A stretch of 64,000 nt of DNA from Patescibacteria group bacterium (GCA_018902845.1 JAHIPV010000020.1:74810-138809); one strand, 5' to 3'; counted from the first letter of the stretch, positions 20,966 to 30,922 are shown. Notes: generated by a model from the sequence alone, not told the origin. Numbers and translations: made by a program.

Positions 20966-20968
20966 TTT

Positions 20969-22147
20969 TTAATTTATTATTTCTAATAATTTTTTTTCAA
21001 AGTTTTGTTTGGAAAATTTAGCGGAATCTTGTTGTGTTTGAACGGATAATTGTTCCATTAATTGCGGAGAACCGATAAGAAGTTGGGTTTTGGAAACCAA
21101 TTCGTCTATATCGCTCCAAAGGAAACCGTTTTTTCTTTCATTGATTATTTCTGGTAAACCACCCTTTTTTACCACAATTGGAATTGTTCCGGAAGCCATG
21201 GCTTCGACTACGGCCATACCAAAATGTTCGGTATTTTGGGGATTAATATTTTCGTCTACTCCAAAGCCTGCCGCATGCCAATAAATTTTGCTTTGGGAAT
21301 AAATTTTTTTGAGGGTGTCAAAATTTGGACCGATTAAAAATTCAATGGGAAAATTTTTGGCTTCATATTTTAAGTGTTTTAGGTAATTATTAAGCTCAGG
21401 TTTTTTTATAGAACCGCCGACCAAAATTAATTTCCAGTCTTTGTTGTTTTGATTTTGACTAAGTTTTTTGAAGGCTTTGATAAGAATATCCTGCCTTTTT
21501 TTGTTTAATATATTGTCAAATCTGCCAACCGATAAAATAATGTTTTCTTTTTTACCGGAGGCTGAAAATTTATCTGTATCTATGGGGGGGTATAACAGAG
21601 AGGATTTGTGGTGAAAGGTTTTTTTGAATTGATCTTGAGTGAAGATAGAATTGCAAATAATGTTTTTGTTTAAAAACAGTTTAAGTTTGTTGGCTATTTT
21701 GGTTTGAAAACTGAATTTGTTGGTAAAAGGAACTTGGCAGTGAAGAATGTTTTTTTTGGCAAAAAGAATTGGAATACTGCCATCGCTTAGATAGAAAAAA
21801 AGATTGTAATTGCGAGTAATCTTAAGCTTGTTTAGTAGATGTTTAACTTTTCCTAAGTTTGTACGTGTTTCTTTTTGTGTACTATTGATTTTTTTTAGTT
21901 GGCTGTGATCTTGGATTAAATCGATGTTTTGTTGGGGTTGACTAAAAATGTCGGGAACCAGATTGAGGTTTTCTAAATTTAGGGCAAATCTATCTTGGGC
22001 CTTGTCAATTAAATCTTTGTCTTTGGACCAAAATATATCAACTTGATAATTATGTTTTAAGAGAATTTCGGCGATAGTGAGCATGTAGCGCTCCCCTCCG
22101 CCGAGAGTGTCTAAGTAAGGATCGTATATGCCGACTTTTAATGGCAT
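20969..22147 (-). CDS. GT4 glycosyltransferase
   Basis: GGGERY, LSVGRF, EHFGMAVVEAMASG. Confidence 0.9.
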   Translation of the reverse strand: MPLKVGIYDPYLDTLGGGERYMLTIAEILLKHNYQVDIFWSKDKDLIDKAQDRFALNLENLNLVPDIFSQPQQNIDLIQDHSQLKKINSTQKETRTNLGKVKHLLNKLKITRNYNLFFYLSDGSIPILFAKKNILHCQVPFTNKFSFQTKIANKLKLFLNKNIICNSIFTQDQFKKTFHHKSSLLYPPIDTDKFSASGKKENIILSVGRFDNILNKKRQDILIKAFKKLSQNQNNKDWKLILVGGSIKKPELNNYLKHLKYEAKNFPIEFLIGPNFDTLKKIYSQSKIYWHAAGFGVDENINPQNTEHFGMAVVEAMASGTIPIVVKKGGLPEIINERKNGFLWSDIDELVSKTQLLIGSPQLMEQLSVQTQQDSAKFSKQNFEKKLLEIIN

Positions 22148-22153
22148 GAGTTA

Positions 22154-22159
22154 AGTATA
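22154..22159 (-). promoter_or_regulatory. Putative -10 box (TATACT) 6 nt upstream of ATG (leaderless)
   Basis: Minus strand TATACT-TAACTC-ATG; the same geometry recurs at more than 10 starts. Confidence 0.6.
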
Positions 22160-22163
22160 TATG

Positions 22164-22197
22164 CTGGATGACTGGATGACTAGATAACTGGATAACT
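22164..22197. repeat. 8-bp tandem repeat (ctggatga/ctagataa)
   Basis: About 4 units; the same motif occurs at 39376 and 48624. Confidence 0.8.
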
Positions 22198-22222
22198 CGA
22201 AAGAAAGATAAAAATTAGGTAT

Positions 22223-23029
22223 TTATTTTATTTTTTGTTGGAGTTCGTAGAGGCGGGCGTAGATGATAAAAGTATTGAAAGTTTCAAAAATTACTGATAT
22301 CCAGCCAACTGTGCCGTCTTTCCACGCTTGTTGTTTGATTAAGCGAGTGTAGAAAGTAGTAAGCATCATACGGAAAAAACGCCACCAGACAACGGGAGGG
22401 TGGTTGGTTTTGTACAGAGCTTTGGCTTCCAATTCTGTCCATGTTATTGTTTTTTCTAACATTGAACTAAGATCAGAATGAGTGAAGTGGAGCAGGTCTG
22501 ATTTTAGATGGCCGATTTGACCTTTTATGATTGGCTCTTCGTGAACAGTTCCCTGCCATTTTTTTAATTTATCTTTTTTGAATAGTCTTTTGACATAATC
22601 GGGATAGGATCCGCCGTGTTTAACTCTTTTGCCTAAATAATGATTGGCTCTGGGAATGGCGTAGTAGTTGTGCGAGGCACGCCTCGCCCTTACACTTATC
22701 GTTTTTTGAATTTCTCTCTTTAACTGGGGCGTAACTTGTTCGTCTGTATCTATGTAAAGTATCCAGTCATTGGTGGTTAATTTTAGTCCCATGTTTCGCC
22801 ATTTGGCGTAGTGCTTGCCGTATTGATCGGTAGTAGTAATTGTTTTGGCTTGAGGAACAAGTTTTTGGGCAATTTTTTTGGAATTATCTGTAGAATTGGC
22901 AAAAACAATTATTATTTCGTTGGCCCATTTAATAGATTTGATGCAGTCCCCTATTGTGTTTTCAAAATTGCCACAGATGATGATGGTGGTTAGCGCGTTG
23001 TTGTGCTGGTTTTTTGTTTGTTTTGTCAT
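22223..23029 (-). CDS. GT2, beta-1,4-glucosyltransferase-like
   Basis: WILYIDTDE, YPDY, VHE; ATG lies in the TGTCAT end of a REPIN; GTAA-REP insert VRARRAS at 22672-22693. Confidence 0.85.
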   Translation of the reverse strand: MTKQTKNQHNNALTTIIICGNFENTIGDCIKSIKWANEIIIVFANSTDNSKKIAQKLVPQAKTITTTDQYGKHYAKWRNMGLKLTTNDWILYIDTDEQVTPQLKREIQKTISVRARRASHNYYAIPRANHYLGKRVKHGGSYPDYVKRLFKKDKLKKWQGTVHEEPIIKGQIGHLKSDLLHFTHSDLSSMLEKTITWTELEAKALYKTNHPPVVWWRFFRMMLTTFYTRLIKQQAWKDGTVGWISVIFETFNTFIIYARLYELQQKIK

Positions 23030-23174
23030 TTCGACTCCTTCGGCTGTACTCAGGATAAACTCCGTGGAGAAATCCCTGCCTGCCGGCAGGCAGGTCTGAA
23101 TTTATTTCAGAAATCCGCCTTTAGCGGATATCTCAGACAAGCTGAGAGATCCCTCGACTGCGCTCGGGATGACA
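23024..23174. mobile_element. REPIN/MITE-like element with two nested modules, downstream flank of the GIY-YIG gene
   Basis: TGTCAT...ATGACA termini; core matches 24621-24727 and 42901-43007. Confidence 0.75.
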
Positions 23175-23182
23175 ACTACTTT

Positions 23183-23458
23183 TTAATTACAAAGATCTTT
23201 GAACTTTGGATTTAATTTTTTAATTAAACTAATTTTTTTGTTTCTGTTCCAGTTTTTAATTTGTTTTTCTCTTGCTATTGCTTCATTAATGTTGTTGTAT
23301 TCTTCAATATAAATTGGTTTATTTATATTATATTTGGCAGTAAAGCTATTATGTTTTTTGAGTTTGTGTTCGAAATATCTTTTTTCTAGGTTGTTGGTAA
23401 CACCAGTATACAGAGTACCTGAATTATTGGTAAGAATGTATAAAAAATATGATTTCAC
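23183..23458 (-). CDS. Stand-alone small GIY-YIG nuclease (COG2827/YhbQ-like)
   Basis: YFLYIL...LYTGVTNNLEKRYFEH...EAIAREKQIKNWNR; GTG start with TATAAT 6 nt upstream. Confidence 0.9.
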   Translation of the reverse strand: MKSYFLYILTNNSGTLYTGVTNNLEKRYFEHKLKKHNSFTAKYNINKPIYIEEYNNINEAIAREKQIKNWNRNKKISLIKKLNPKFKDLCN

Positions 23459-23496
23459 TGATTAATTATACCCGTAAAGCTTATTTGGATGGTTAT

Positions 23497-23575
23497 GAGA
23501 TCCCTCGGCTACGCTCGGGATGACAAAAGAGCTACGCTTCCTTCAAAGATGGACACATTGTAATTCGCAATGACA
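23497..23575 (-). repeat. REP plus composite REP, upstream flank of the GIY-YIG gene
   Basis: gagatccctcggctacgctcgggatgaca (23497-23525), then ...cttccttcaaagatggacac...gcaatgaca. Confidence 0.85.
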
Positions 23576-23585
23576 GGAGGTGGGA

Positions 23586-24626
23586 TTATTTCCAGCGGCC
23601 TTTGTTAAAGCGCTGAAGATAAAAGTCGATGATACCGCGTTTTTCCCAAGAATATTTGGAACTAAATAATTTTTCTACTGATTGGCGAATAATGGCCAGT
23701 TTGACTCGAAATGAAGCATGGCGCATGGCAAAAAGAAGTCGGTTTCTGGAGATAAAATAGTGATGCAAGTTTCCGCCCGTACCCGATGATTGAGCGTTTA
23801 AATGCCAAATTTTTGAATCAGGAATATAAGCAAGTTTATATCCTGCCTTTTTGGCCTTTTGGCAAAAGTCAATATCTTCCAGATACATGAAATATTTTTT
23901 ATCAAACAAGCCAATTTCTTTGAATAATTTTGATTTGACAAGCATACAACATCCGGAAATAAAGTCTATTTTAGTAGTGAATTTATTGAATTGACCTTTG
24001 TCAATTTGATCGACTCCAATGTTTGAGCCCAAGATATTGTCCCAATCCATGTAACCGCCGGCAGACCAGATGATATTACCCAGCTCATTTTTTTTGTATC
24101 TATTTTTGTGAAATTCGTAACCTTTGGCAAAATAGATTTTGGGTCCCAATATAGCCAGTTTGGGATTTTTTTGGGCGGATTTTAATAAAATTTGAAGAAA
24201 ATCAGGATCAACCAAAACGTCATTGTTGATTACTAGAATATAGTCAAAGTTTTCTTTTAAGGCTTGTTTGATGCCAAAATTGTTGCCGTTGGCATAACCC
24301 AAGTTTGAAGAGGTTTGGAGAATTTGGATTTTTACGTCATTCTGAGGCGAAGCCGAAGAATCCCGTTGTTGTTTTTGCCGATTTCGAGGGGATCCTTCTT
24401 CGCCGGTCGGCGAATCAGGATGACGGTGGGAAGGATCAGGATGGCGGTGTGTGAATTTATTAAATAATTCGATTGAATTATCGGTGGAGGCGTTGTCAAC
24501 CAAAAAGATTTTGTAGTTAAAAGAAGTATGCTTAATTTTAAGAAGAGATTTAATAGTTTGGATGGTGAGCGCGGGCTGATTCCAGTTAAGAACGATGATG
24601 GCAATTTTAGTTTTATTTTTTGTCAT
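23586..24626 (-). CDS. GT2 glycosyltransferase (WbbL-like)
   Basis: DNASTD, NLGYANGNN, INND, FMYLEDIDFC; ATG 24626 supplied by a REPIN end. Confidence 0.9.
   Translation of the reverse strand: MTKNKTKIAIIVLNWNQPALTIQTIKSLLKIKHTSFNYKIFLVDNASTDNSIELFNKFTHRHPDPSHRHPDSPTGEEGSPRNRQKQQRDSSASPQNDVKIQILQTSSNLGYANGNNFGIKQALKENFDYILVINNDVLVDPDFLQILLKSAQKNPKLAILGPKIYFAKGYEFHKNRYKKNELGNIIWSAGGYMDWDNILGSNIGVDQIDKGQFNKFTTKIDFISGCCMLVKSKLFKEIGLFDKKYFMYLEDIDFCQKAKKAGYKLAYIPDSKIWHLNAQSSGTGGNLHHYFISRNRLLFAMRHASFRVKLAIIRQSVEKLFSSKYSWEKRGIIDFYLQRFNKGRWK
24335..24425. repeat. REP doublet in-frame in GT2
   Basis: Near-identical to 17415-17505. Confidence 0.9.
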
Positions 24627-24727
24627 TTCGACCAAAGTGGAGAAATCTCTGAATTTATTTCAGAAATCCGCTTTTGGCGGATATCTCAGACAAGCCGAGA
24701 GATCCCTCGACTTCGCTCGGGATGACA
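24621..24727. mobile_element. 107-bp REPIN/MITE-like element
   Basis: tgtcatttcgac...gggatgaca; near-identical to 42901-43007. Confidence 0.8.
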
Positions 24728-24730
24728 AGC

Positions 24731-25663
24731 TCAAAAGTTTTTGGTTAGGCGGTTTAGTAAATGGCGAAATTTAATAAAGACTGATTTAAATATATTACCG
24801 GCTTTTTCATCAGCAAAATATTTAGCAAACCAATGACTATATTCATAGGTGGCCTGCTGACTGGCGGAAACAAATGATTCTTTGGGTAGATTTTTTTCTT
24901 TAAAGCCCCTTTTTTCCCAAATTCTTATATAAATAAGACATTCAGAAAAAGCTTGAAGTAGGGCAAAAACAAGTCCGTGAATACCGTCTTTGTATCCCTG
25001 AGAGGCAAAAAAACGGCTGTTGAATTCTTGGGTAGGTTTTAGAATAAAATCGGAAAGTTTAAGTTTGTGTTGTTTAGAAATTAATTCTTCCGCTTGTACT
25101 TTTGTATAACGAAGCATGCGGTTAAGATAACTGGTTATAGTGGGATAGTTGTTGTGTCTAATGGCTAGTTTTTCTGTGTCTAGTATCGTGATTCCATTGC
25201 CTTTTGTTTCAGGTTGACTGTGTATTTCTTTGTTCCATTTGACAGCGCCTTTTTTGAAAAAGCGAATTAAGTAGTCAGGCCATGAACCTGAGTGGCGCAT
25301 CCATTTATTAAAAACTATATTTTTTCTCGGGATTCTGACAAAATCGACATCGGTGCGGTTGGTAATTTTTTGAAGTTCTCTTTTGAGAGTTTTGGTAATA
25401 TATTCGTCGGGATCAAGTAATAGTATCCATTTTCCTTTTGCTTTTGATAGAGCAAAATTTCTGGCCGGTTCAACACATTTCATATAACGATGTTGAAAAA
25501 CTTTGGCGTTGTGACTTTTGGCAATTTCGACAGAATTGTCGTTAGAGTGCATATCTATAAGAATGATTTCATCGGCAAAATTTTTGACAGATTTGAGACA
25601 TTTAGAAAGATACTTGGCATCGTTGTATGTATTGATGATTACTGATATTAAAGGTTTGGGCAT
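24731..25663 (-). CDS. GT2, beta-1,4-glucosyltransferase-like
   Basis: ARNFAL, WILLLDPDE, WPDY, GYKDGIHG. Confidence 0.85.
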   Translation of the reverse strand: MPKPLISVIINTYNDAKYLSKCLKSVKNFADEIILIDMHSNDNSVEIAKSHNAKVFQHRYMKCVEPARNFALSKAKGKWILLLDPDEYITKTLKRELQKITNRTDVDFVRIPRKNIVFNKWMRHSGSWPDYLIRFFKKGAVKWNKEIHSQPETKGNGITILDTEKLAIRHNNYPTITSYLNRMLRYTKVQAEELISKQHKLKLSDFILKPTQEFNSRFFASQGYKDGIHGLVFALLQAFSECLIYIRIWEKRGFKEKNLPKESFVSASQQATYEYSHWFAKYFADEKAGNIFKSVFIKFRHLLNRLTKNF

Positions 25664-25769
25664 ATGAATTAATTTTTTCCGCCAAAGGCGGACTAAAGAA
25701 TTTTAAATTTCTAATTTTTAATGAGAGTGGAAGGATTAAGGATTTTTAAACAAGAGTTCTTTAATTTTA

Positions 25770-27428
25770 TCATTTTTGAATTTGGTAAATACGAATGCCG
25801 TCGGAATCGTATATTTTTTCAATTTCTAAGTTTTTTGGTTTGTGGGGAAGGTTTTGGTTTTTTGTCAAATATATATAGTCAATGTTGTTATTAAGCAAAA
25901 AGCCCTTTGATTCAAAAATATTACTGAATTTGTTTGAGAAAAAATTATCCGAATCCTGTCGTCTTTGTTTCCAATCGTAGCCCGAAATACTTAAATTCAT
26001 TTCATCTGAGAGAAAAGTTTGTTTACCAGTAAAGGCTGGTACATAGGCAGTTGTTTCGTAAAGGTAGAGAGGAATGGGGGTTTGTAAATTACTTTTTTTG
26101 AATTTGTCGTAAGGGTAAGTCAAAACTGCATTTCCCGGTTGCTTTTTTAGAAAATTTAGGGCTTCTAACTCTGTTGTTGGTAGAGAGGCAGGGGCCGGAT
26201 TGCCCAAATAGCTTTTGTAATTTGGCAGATTGGCTATGAAGCTGGTAACAAAAATAGCAAATATAATAAATTTGTTAAAGCGCTTCTTTTTGATATTAGA
26301 AAGTGTAATAGCCAAGAGAATATTGGCAAAAAAGAGTGAATAATAAAGAAATTGGATTGTATTCCAGGCTGTCCCTTTTTGAATAAAAAAAATGGGGATA
26401 ATAAGAGAAAATAGAATTGTAAATAGGATGGATTTTGTAAAAATATTTTTTAGGTATAGTTTTGTTTTAAACAAAAATAAAGTTCTGTAGCCAAAATTGC
26501 CAAGAATAAAAATTACTAAACTGACTAATTCGATAGTTATTAAGCGGGGACCAACTTTGTCTGAAGCCAATAACGAGTATCTCATATTAGCTATTTTGGG
26601 AAGATAAAAACGATCGGCTGATTCAATCATTGAGTGAATAAACCAAAATGGCTTGAAGATAAATAAACCGGTTGAGTTTTTGTTATAAATCAAAAATAAA
26701 AGAATGGATAGAATGAAAGAAATTGTAAATATTTTGATGTAACTGGTTTGTTTTTTTAATAGTTTAAGAAAAGAAAATATAAAGAAAAATGCAAAAAATA
26801 CTACTCCCCCGTAGGATTTGGTGATAGGGATAAAAGGAGAAAGAAAAATTAAAAGAAATGGTTTTTTTTTAAGGATTATTAAGCAGATTAGAATTAGAAG
26901 TAGAGAAAAAATAAAAGGTGGATTAAGTTGATTTGAAAAAGATTGCATGGCCCAAAATAAAGATTCACCGCCCAGATTTTTGTTTTTTATCAGAGTGACG
27001 ACCCAGCCAAAAGAAGTAGCGAAAGTGTTGAGTAGCACCAAATAAATCCCGCCGGAGAATTTTTTTGTCAATAATTTACCGAGTTTAAAGCTTAAAAGTA
27101 GAAATATAACAGAGCTAAGAATTGGAAATAGCTGAAAAAGCCAAATAGATGGATTTATAAAAGTTATTTTTGAAAGTGTGGCGATGAAAATGTCGTAAAA
27201 AGGATGATAGTTTTCTAGATATTGGCCGGAAATAGTTGGATGAGGAATTTTGAAAGGGTTTTTGATTTGATTGATGAGAGCAAGATGCCAGATGGCGTCG
27301 TGGCCATTTGGTCCCCAAAATCCAATGCCGTAATCATATTTCAACCCACTACGAATCATGGGTAGAGACTGAAAAAAAGTGCAAATTAGAATAGTGAATA
27401 CTAGTAAGATTTTTTGTCCTTTTGACAT
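25770..27428 (-). CDS. Multi-pass membrane protein, probable GT-C
   Basis: GHDAIWHL, NYH, many TM segments, soluble C-terminal domain. Confidence 0.65.
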   Translation of the reverse strand: MSKGQKILLVFTILICTFFQSLPMIRSGLKYDYGIGFWGPNGHDAIWHLALINQIKNPFKIPHPTISGQYLENYHPFYDIFIATLSKITFINPSIWLFQLFPILSSVIFLLLSFKLGKLLTKKFSGGIYLVLLNTFATSFGWVVTLIKNKNLGGESLFWAMQSFSNQLNPPFIFSLLLILICLIILKKKPFLLIFLSPFIPITKSYGGVVFFAFFFIFSFLKLLKKQTSYIKIFTISFILSILLFLIYNKNSTGLFIFKPFWFIHSMIESADRFYLPKIANMRYSLLASDKVGPRLITIELVSLVIFILGNFGYRTLFLFKTKLYLKNIFTKSILFTILFSLIIPIFFIQKGTAWNTIQFLYYSLFFANILLAITLSNIKKKRFNKFIIFAIFVTSFIANLPNYKSYLGNPAPASLPTTELEALNFLKKQPGNAVLTYPYDKFKKSNLQTPIPLYLYETTAYVPAFTGKQTFLSDEMNLSISGYDWKQRRQDSDNFFSNKFSNIFESKGFLLNNNIDYIYLTKNQNLPHKPKNLEIEKIYDSDGIRIYQIQK

Positions 27429-28879
27429 TAGTTAGTTTTTTTGATTGATTTTAGTTGATGGAAGAACCAGAGAAGTTGTTGTTTGGAAAAAATTAAGTGA
27501 TAGCCAACGTAGATTAAAGTACCGATAAGGATTTTTGAAATTAATTGTGAAAAGTGAGAGATAGGTAGCTGTGAAATAAGAAGTAGAGCAGAAAGCATAA
27601 TTAAGGAAGCCAGTAAAGGATGGAGAATAGCCGTAAATATATTGGCGGAAAAATGCTTTTTGATTAAATGCCAAACATAAAAAGAACTTAAGTTTACTAT
27701 TATAGAAGCCAACAAAGTTCCATATAAGCCAAATTTTAAACTTAAAATAGGATAAAAGATCCAGGTTAAAACTGTCCACATGATCATTAGTCTGGTGGTA
27801 ACTGTTATCTTGCCAACGGCATTAAAAGCATTGGTAAGAGGGGTGGTAATAGCGGCAATGGCGAAGTTAAAACAAAAAACATAAAGTGGAACAAGAGCCG
27901 GAAGCCATTTGGTGTATTTTGGAACTATAAACATAATGTTTTTTGCTATCAGGGCGGTACCGACTAACATGGGAAAAGCAACCAGAGCAATAAAGTATGT
28001 GCTTTTTTGTAATATTTTTTTTAGACTTTCTTTGTCTTTTTGTAGCCTAGAAAAGGCAGGAAAACTGATTCTGGTAACAGCATCCATAATCGAAAGAGAT
28101 ACTCTTGGGGCTTTTTGGCCCCAAGTGAGAAAGGCAAAATTATTGCGACCGATAATTCCGGCAACCAGTAGATTTGAAAGTCTGTCCTTGGCAACGGCAA
28201 TAAGAGAGTTTATTTGATATGGAATGCCGAACTTAAAGAGTTTTTTGGCCGATTCCCAGTTAAACGAAATACCAATGGGCCAAGGAGAAATTTTGTAAAT
28301 TAAGATTAAACCTACGATGCTTTTGGCAAATATGGCGTAAGCATAAGAGTAAGCGCCAAATCCCATAGAGGCCAAAAGAACGGCTAAAAAGTAAAAAAAT
28401 ATGTTTTCGACAATATCAACAGAAGAAATTTTTTTGAACTCCAGTTTTCTTTCCAAAAGAACCGAAGGAATAGTTTTTAAGGAGGCGGTAAAAAATGAAA
28501 AAACCAATGAGATTAATATCCATGTTTCCTTTGGGCCGTAATTTCTGGCTATTTTAATTTTGGGATAAGTTAAGGCTACGAGAAGAATGGAAAGAATGAC
28601 GAGTAATTGCTGAGTGGTAAATGCGGTTTGTAGTTGTTTTTTGGTGACTTCTTTTTTTTGCTGGATCAAAGCAGAGACAAAACCAAGATCGGAGAAATAG
28701 CCTAAAATAGCAACTGTTTCGGCGACTATACCAAAAAGGCCAACATCGGCAGTGCCCAAAAGGATGGTGAGAATAAAAAAGCCAATAGAGGAAATGGCTT
28801 GAATACTAAAATTTCGAGCGGAAAGAAATATTACGCTTTTGATTGATTTTTGTTTTATTTGTTGTAAGTCAGTGGACAT
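27428..28879 (-). CDS. Oligosaccharide flippase (Wzx/MOP family)
   Basis: SDLGFVSALIQ, LLERKLEFKK, FPAFSRLQ, 12-14 predicted TM segments. Confidence 0.85.
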   Translation of the reverse strand: MSTDLQQIKQKSIKSVIFLSARNFSIQAISSIGFFILTILLGTADVGLFGIVAETVAILGYFSDLGFVSALIQQKKEVTKKQLQTAFTTQQLLVILSILLVALTYPKIKIARNYGPKETWILISLVFSFFTASLKTIPSVLLERKLEFKKISSVDIVENIFFYFLAVLLASMGFGAYSYAYAIFAKSIVGLILIYKISPWPIGISFNWESAKKLFKFGIPYQINSLIAVAKDRLSNLLVAGIIGRNNFAFLTWGQKAPRVSLSIMDAVTRISFPAFSRLQKDKESLKKILQKSTYFIALVAFPMLVGTALIAKNIMFIVPKYTKWLPALVPLYVFCFNFAIAAITTPLTNAFNAVGKITVTTRLMIMWTVLTWIFYPILSLKFGLYGTLLASIIVNLSSFYVWHLIKKHFSANIFTAILHPLLASLIMLSALLLISQLPISHFSQLISKILIGTLIYVGYHLIFSKQQLLWFFHQLKSIKKTN

Positions 28880-28945
28880 GTAAATTAATTTTTAATTTTT
28901 AAATTTCTAATTTTTAGTATCTAAATTCTAAACAATGTTTAAATT

Positions 28946-29067
28946 CGTCATTCTGAATGAAATGAAGAATCCCGAGGGGATCCTTCGCTACGCTCAGGAT
29001 GACGGTGTTTTGACCGACGGGATTGCCACGCTTCGCTTCCTCCAGAGGCGGACACGGCGCAATGACA
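28946..29067. repeat. REP doublet (28946-29004) plus composite REP (29019-29067)
   Basis: Encodes the C-terminus and TGA stop of 28994-30892. Confidence 0.85.
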
Positions 29068-30892
29068 AGATTAATAATAAGGTCCAAGAGATGAGAGAAA
29101 TTGTGTTTGAAATAGTTCTTATGGGAGTGTTTTTGAGTTTGATATAAATTTGATATTGGCCAGGGTCTAGTTTTAAAACCATTCGGCCCAATTCCGGTTC
29201 AATCTCGATTGGAATTTCTGAATCGTAATTATAGGCTTTAAAATTAGGGAAATACATTTGGGCTAAGGTAATGGTTGTTTTTTCTTTTAAATCAGCATTA
29301 AAAAATAGCCAATCGGTTCCTTTTTTTTGACCATAAATAGTACCCGTTGCTTCTGGAGTAATTTGGTCTATGATAAATTTGGCTTGAGATTTAGCGGCTG
29401 TGCCGGCAGTATTGGGAAGATAGTCGTAAATACCTGAGGTCATTTGATTTTGCCAGGCTAAGCCTGAAAATTTTTGGTCATCTGTTAATGGGCCTGATTT
29501 GATAGGGTGAAAATATTTTAAGTTAAAAAATAAAAGCAAGGGTATGATTATTGTTGTTACTATGATGAGGGGATCCTTCGGCAAGCTCAGGATGACAGTG
29601 GGAAGATTTGGGGAGGTGCGACGAGAGTTTAAAATAATATTGGAATGTTTTGAAATGGTTTTAAGGGAAGTTTTGGAAAGATTGAATGGTTGAAAGATAT
29701 GGCTTAGTATTTTAAAGGCAAATCCGGTGGAAATAGAGAAGAAAAAAACAGATAGATTTAGAAAGCGCCAGGGAAATTGGATTTTTTGAATTGGTGAAAA
29801 AATTTTCCATATAAAAACCGATCTTTCGTGAGTCATAAAGGCGGTAAAAAGGGCTAAAATGAAAAAGAAGAGAAAGAAAGCAAAGAGATTTTTGAGGGAT
29901 TTAAGCTTAGTTCTGATTTTAGACGAAAAGGCTATGACGGAAACAACCAAAACAATAGTTGGTAATATCCAGTGAAGATAACCTATCATAAACGACATTT
30001 GGTCTTCCTGACCCCAAACTGAAGGGCCGTCTCCCCAAAAATTGCTGATAAAAAGCTGTTTTAGGCTGGTGAAATGAACTATGTAGTTGTAATAGCCCTT
30101 AAACATTGAATCAATTTGAACCAATTTGGTTTCAAAGAGAACTGGTAAAGTATAAAAGGCAGCCAATCCTAAGCTCAACAAACCTGAACAGAATAATTTA
30201 AAGATGGTTGTTTTTTGCTTGAAGATATTTTTTAGGTTTTTGTGTTTTTGGAATAAACATAAAATGACCCAGAATATGGTAAGGGGGGCGAAAACTAAAA
30301 GCATTGGGTTGTGGGACAGCATGAGTCCAAGAATACTAAGGCTGAGTAAAAGAGTGTATTTTGCTGACGCTTGTTTTTTGGCGTCTATTAGTTTTTTTGA
30401 GGTATAAAAAATAGCAGGAAAGAAAGTGTAGGCCCAAGCTTCGTTCATGGCACCACGAACATAAATGTTTAAAGCGTGGTAAGGAGCGTAAGTATAAAAA
30501 AGAGACGAGACTAAACCGGCAACATTACCAAATAGGTAAGAGCTTAGAAGAAAGGCAAAAAAAGCAGATAACAAAAAGTGAAAAACAGCCGTAAGTTTAA
30601 CTGACCACATAAAAGAAATTCCCAGACTTCTAAAAATTTGGCCGACTATATAAGGAAGAGGTGGGTAAAAATTAAAAAGTGGATAGCCATAGGCGTAACC
30701 TAAATCCGGTGACCAGCGACAAGGGATTTGACCGTCTTTGATACATTTTTCCATTTCTAGCTGGCGAACCATTTGCATGTCGTCGTGCATGTTGTAGTAG
30801 CCGGGTTTTAGAAGGGCGAAGACGGAAGGTAGTGTAAGAATTAAAAGTAAGGTAAGAAAAAATGACTTTTTGTTGAGCAGTTTTTGAATCAC
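28994..30892 (-). CDS. PTPS-related-domain membrane protein (GT-C-like)
   Basis: YGYPLFNFYPPL, YVRGAMNE, QFPWRFL; REP insert VILSLPKDP at 29571-29597. Confidence 0.8.
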   Translation of the reverse strand: MIQKLLNKKSFFLTLLLILTLPSVFALLKPGYYNMHDDMQMVRQLEMEKCIKDGQIPCRWSPDLGYAYGYPLFNFYPPLPYIVGQIFRSLGISFMWSVKLTAVFHFLLSAFFAFLLSSYLFGNVAGLVSSLFYTYAPYHALNIYVRGAMNEAWAYTFFPAIFYTSKKLIDAKKQASAKYTLLLSLSILGLMLSHNPMLLVFAPLTIFWVILCLFQKHKNLKNIFKQKTTIFKLFCSGLLSLGLAAFYTLPVLFETKLVQIDSMFKGYYNYIVHFTSLKQLFISNFWGDGPSVWGQEDQMSFMIGYLHWILPTIVLVVSVIAFSSKIRTKLKSLKNLFAFFLFFFILALFTAFMTHERSVFIWKIFSPIQKIQFPWRFLNLSVFFFSISTGFAFKILSHIFQPFNLSKTSLKTISKHSNIILNSRRTSPNLPTVILSLPKDPLIIVTTIIIPLLLFFNLKYFHPIKSGPLTDDQKFSGLAWQNQMTSGIYDYLPNTAGTAAKSQAKFIIDQITPEATGTIYGQKKGTDWLFFNADLKEKTTITLAQMYFPNFKAYNYDSEIPIEIEPELGRMVLKLDPGQYQIYIKLKNTPIRTISNTISLISWTLLLILSLRRVRLWRKRSVAIPSVKTPSS

Positions 30893-30922
30893 AAGGTTAA
30901 TTTTACTATATCTTAAGTTTAT

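Noticed and set aside
24621-24727. Integron attC sites
   Set aside because: Ends are TGTCAT/ATGACA rather than RYYYAAC/GTTRRRY, and there is no cassette array or integrase.
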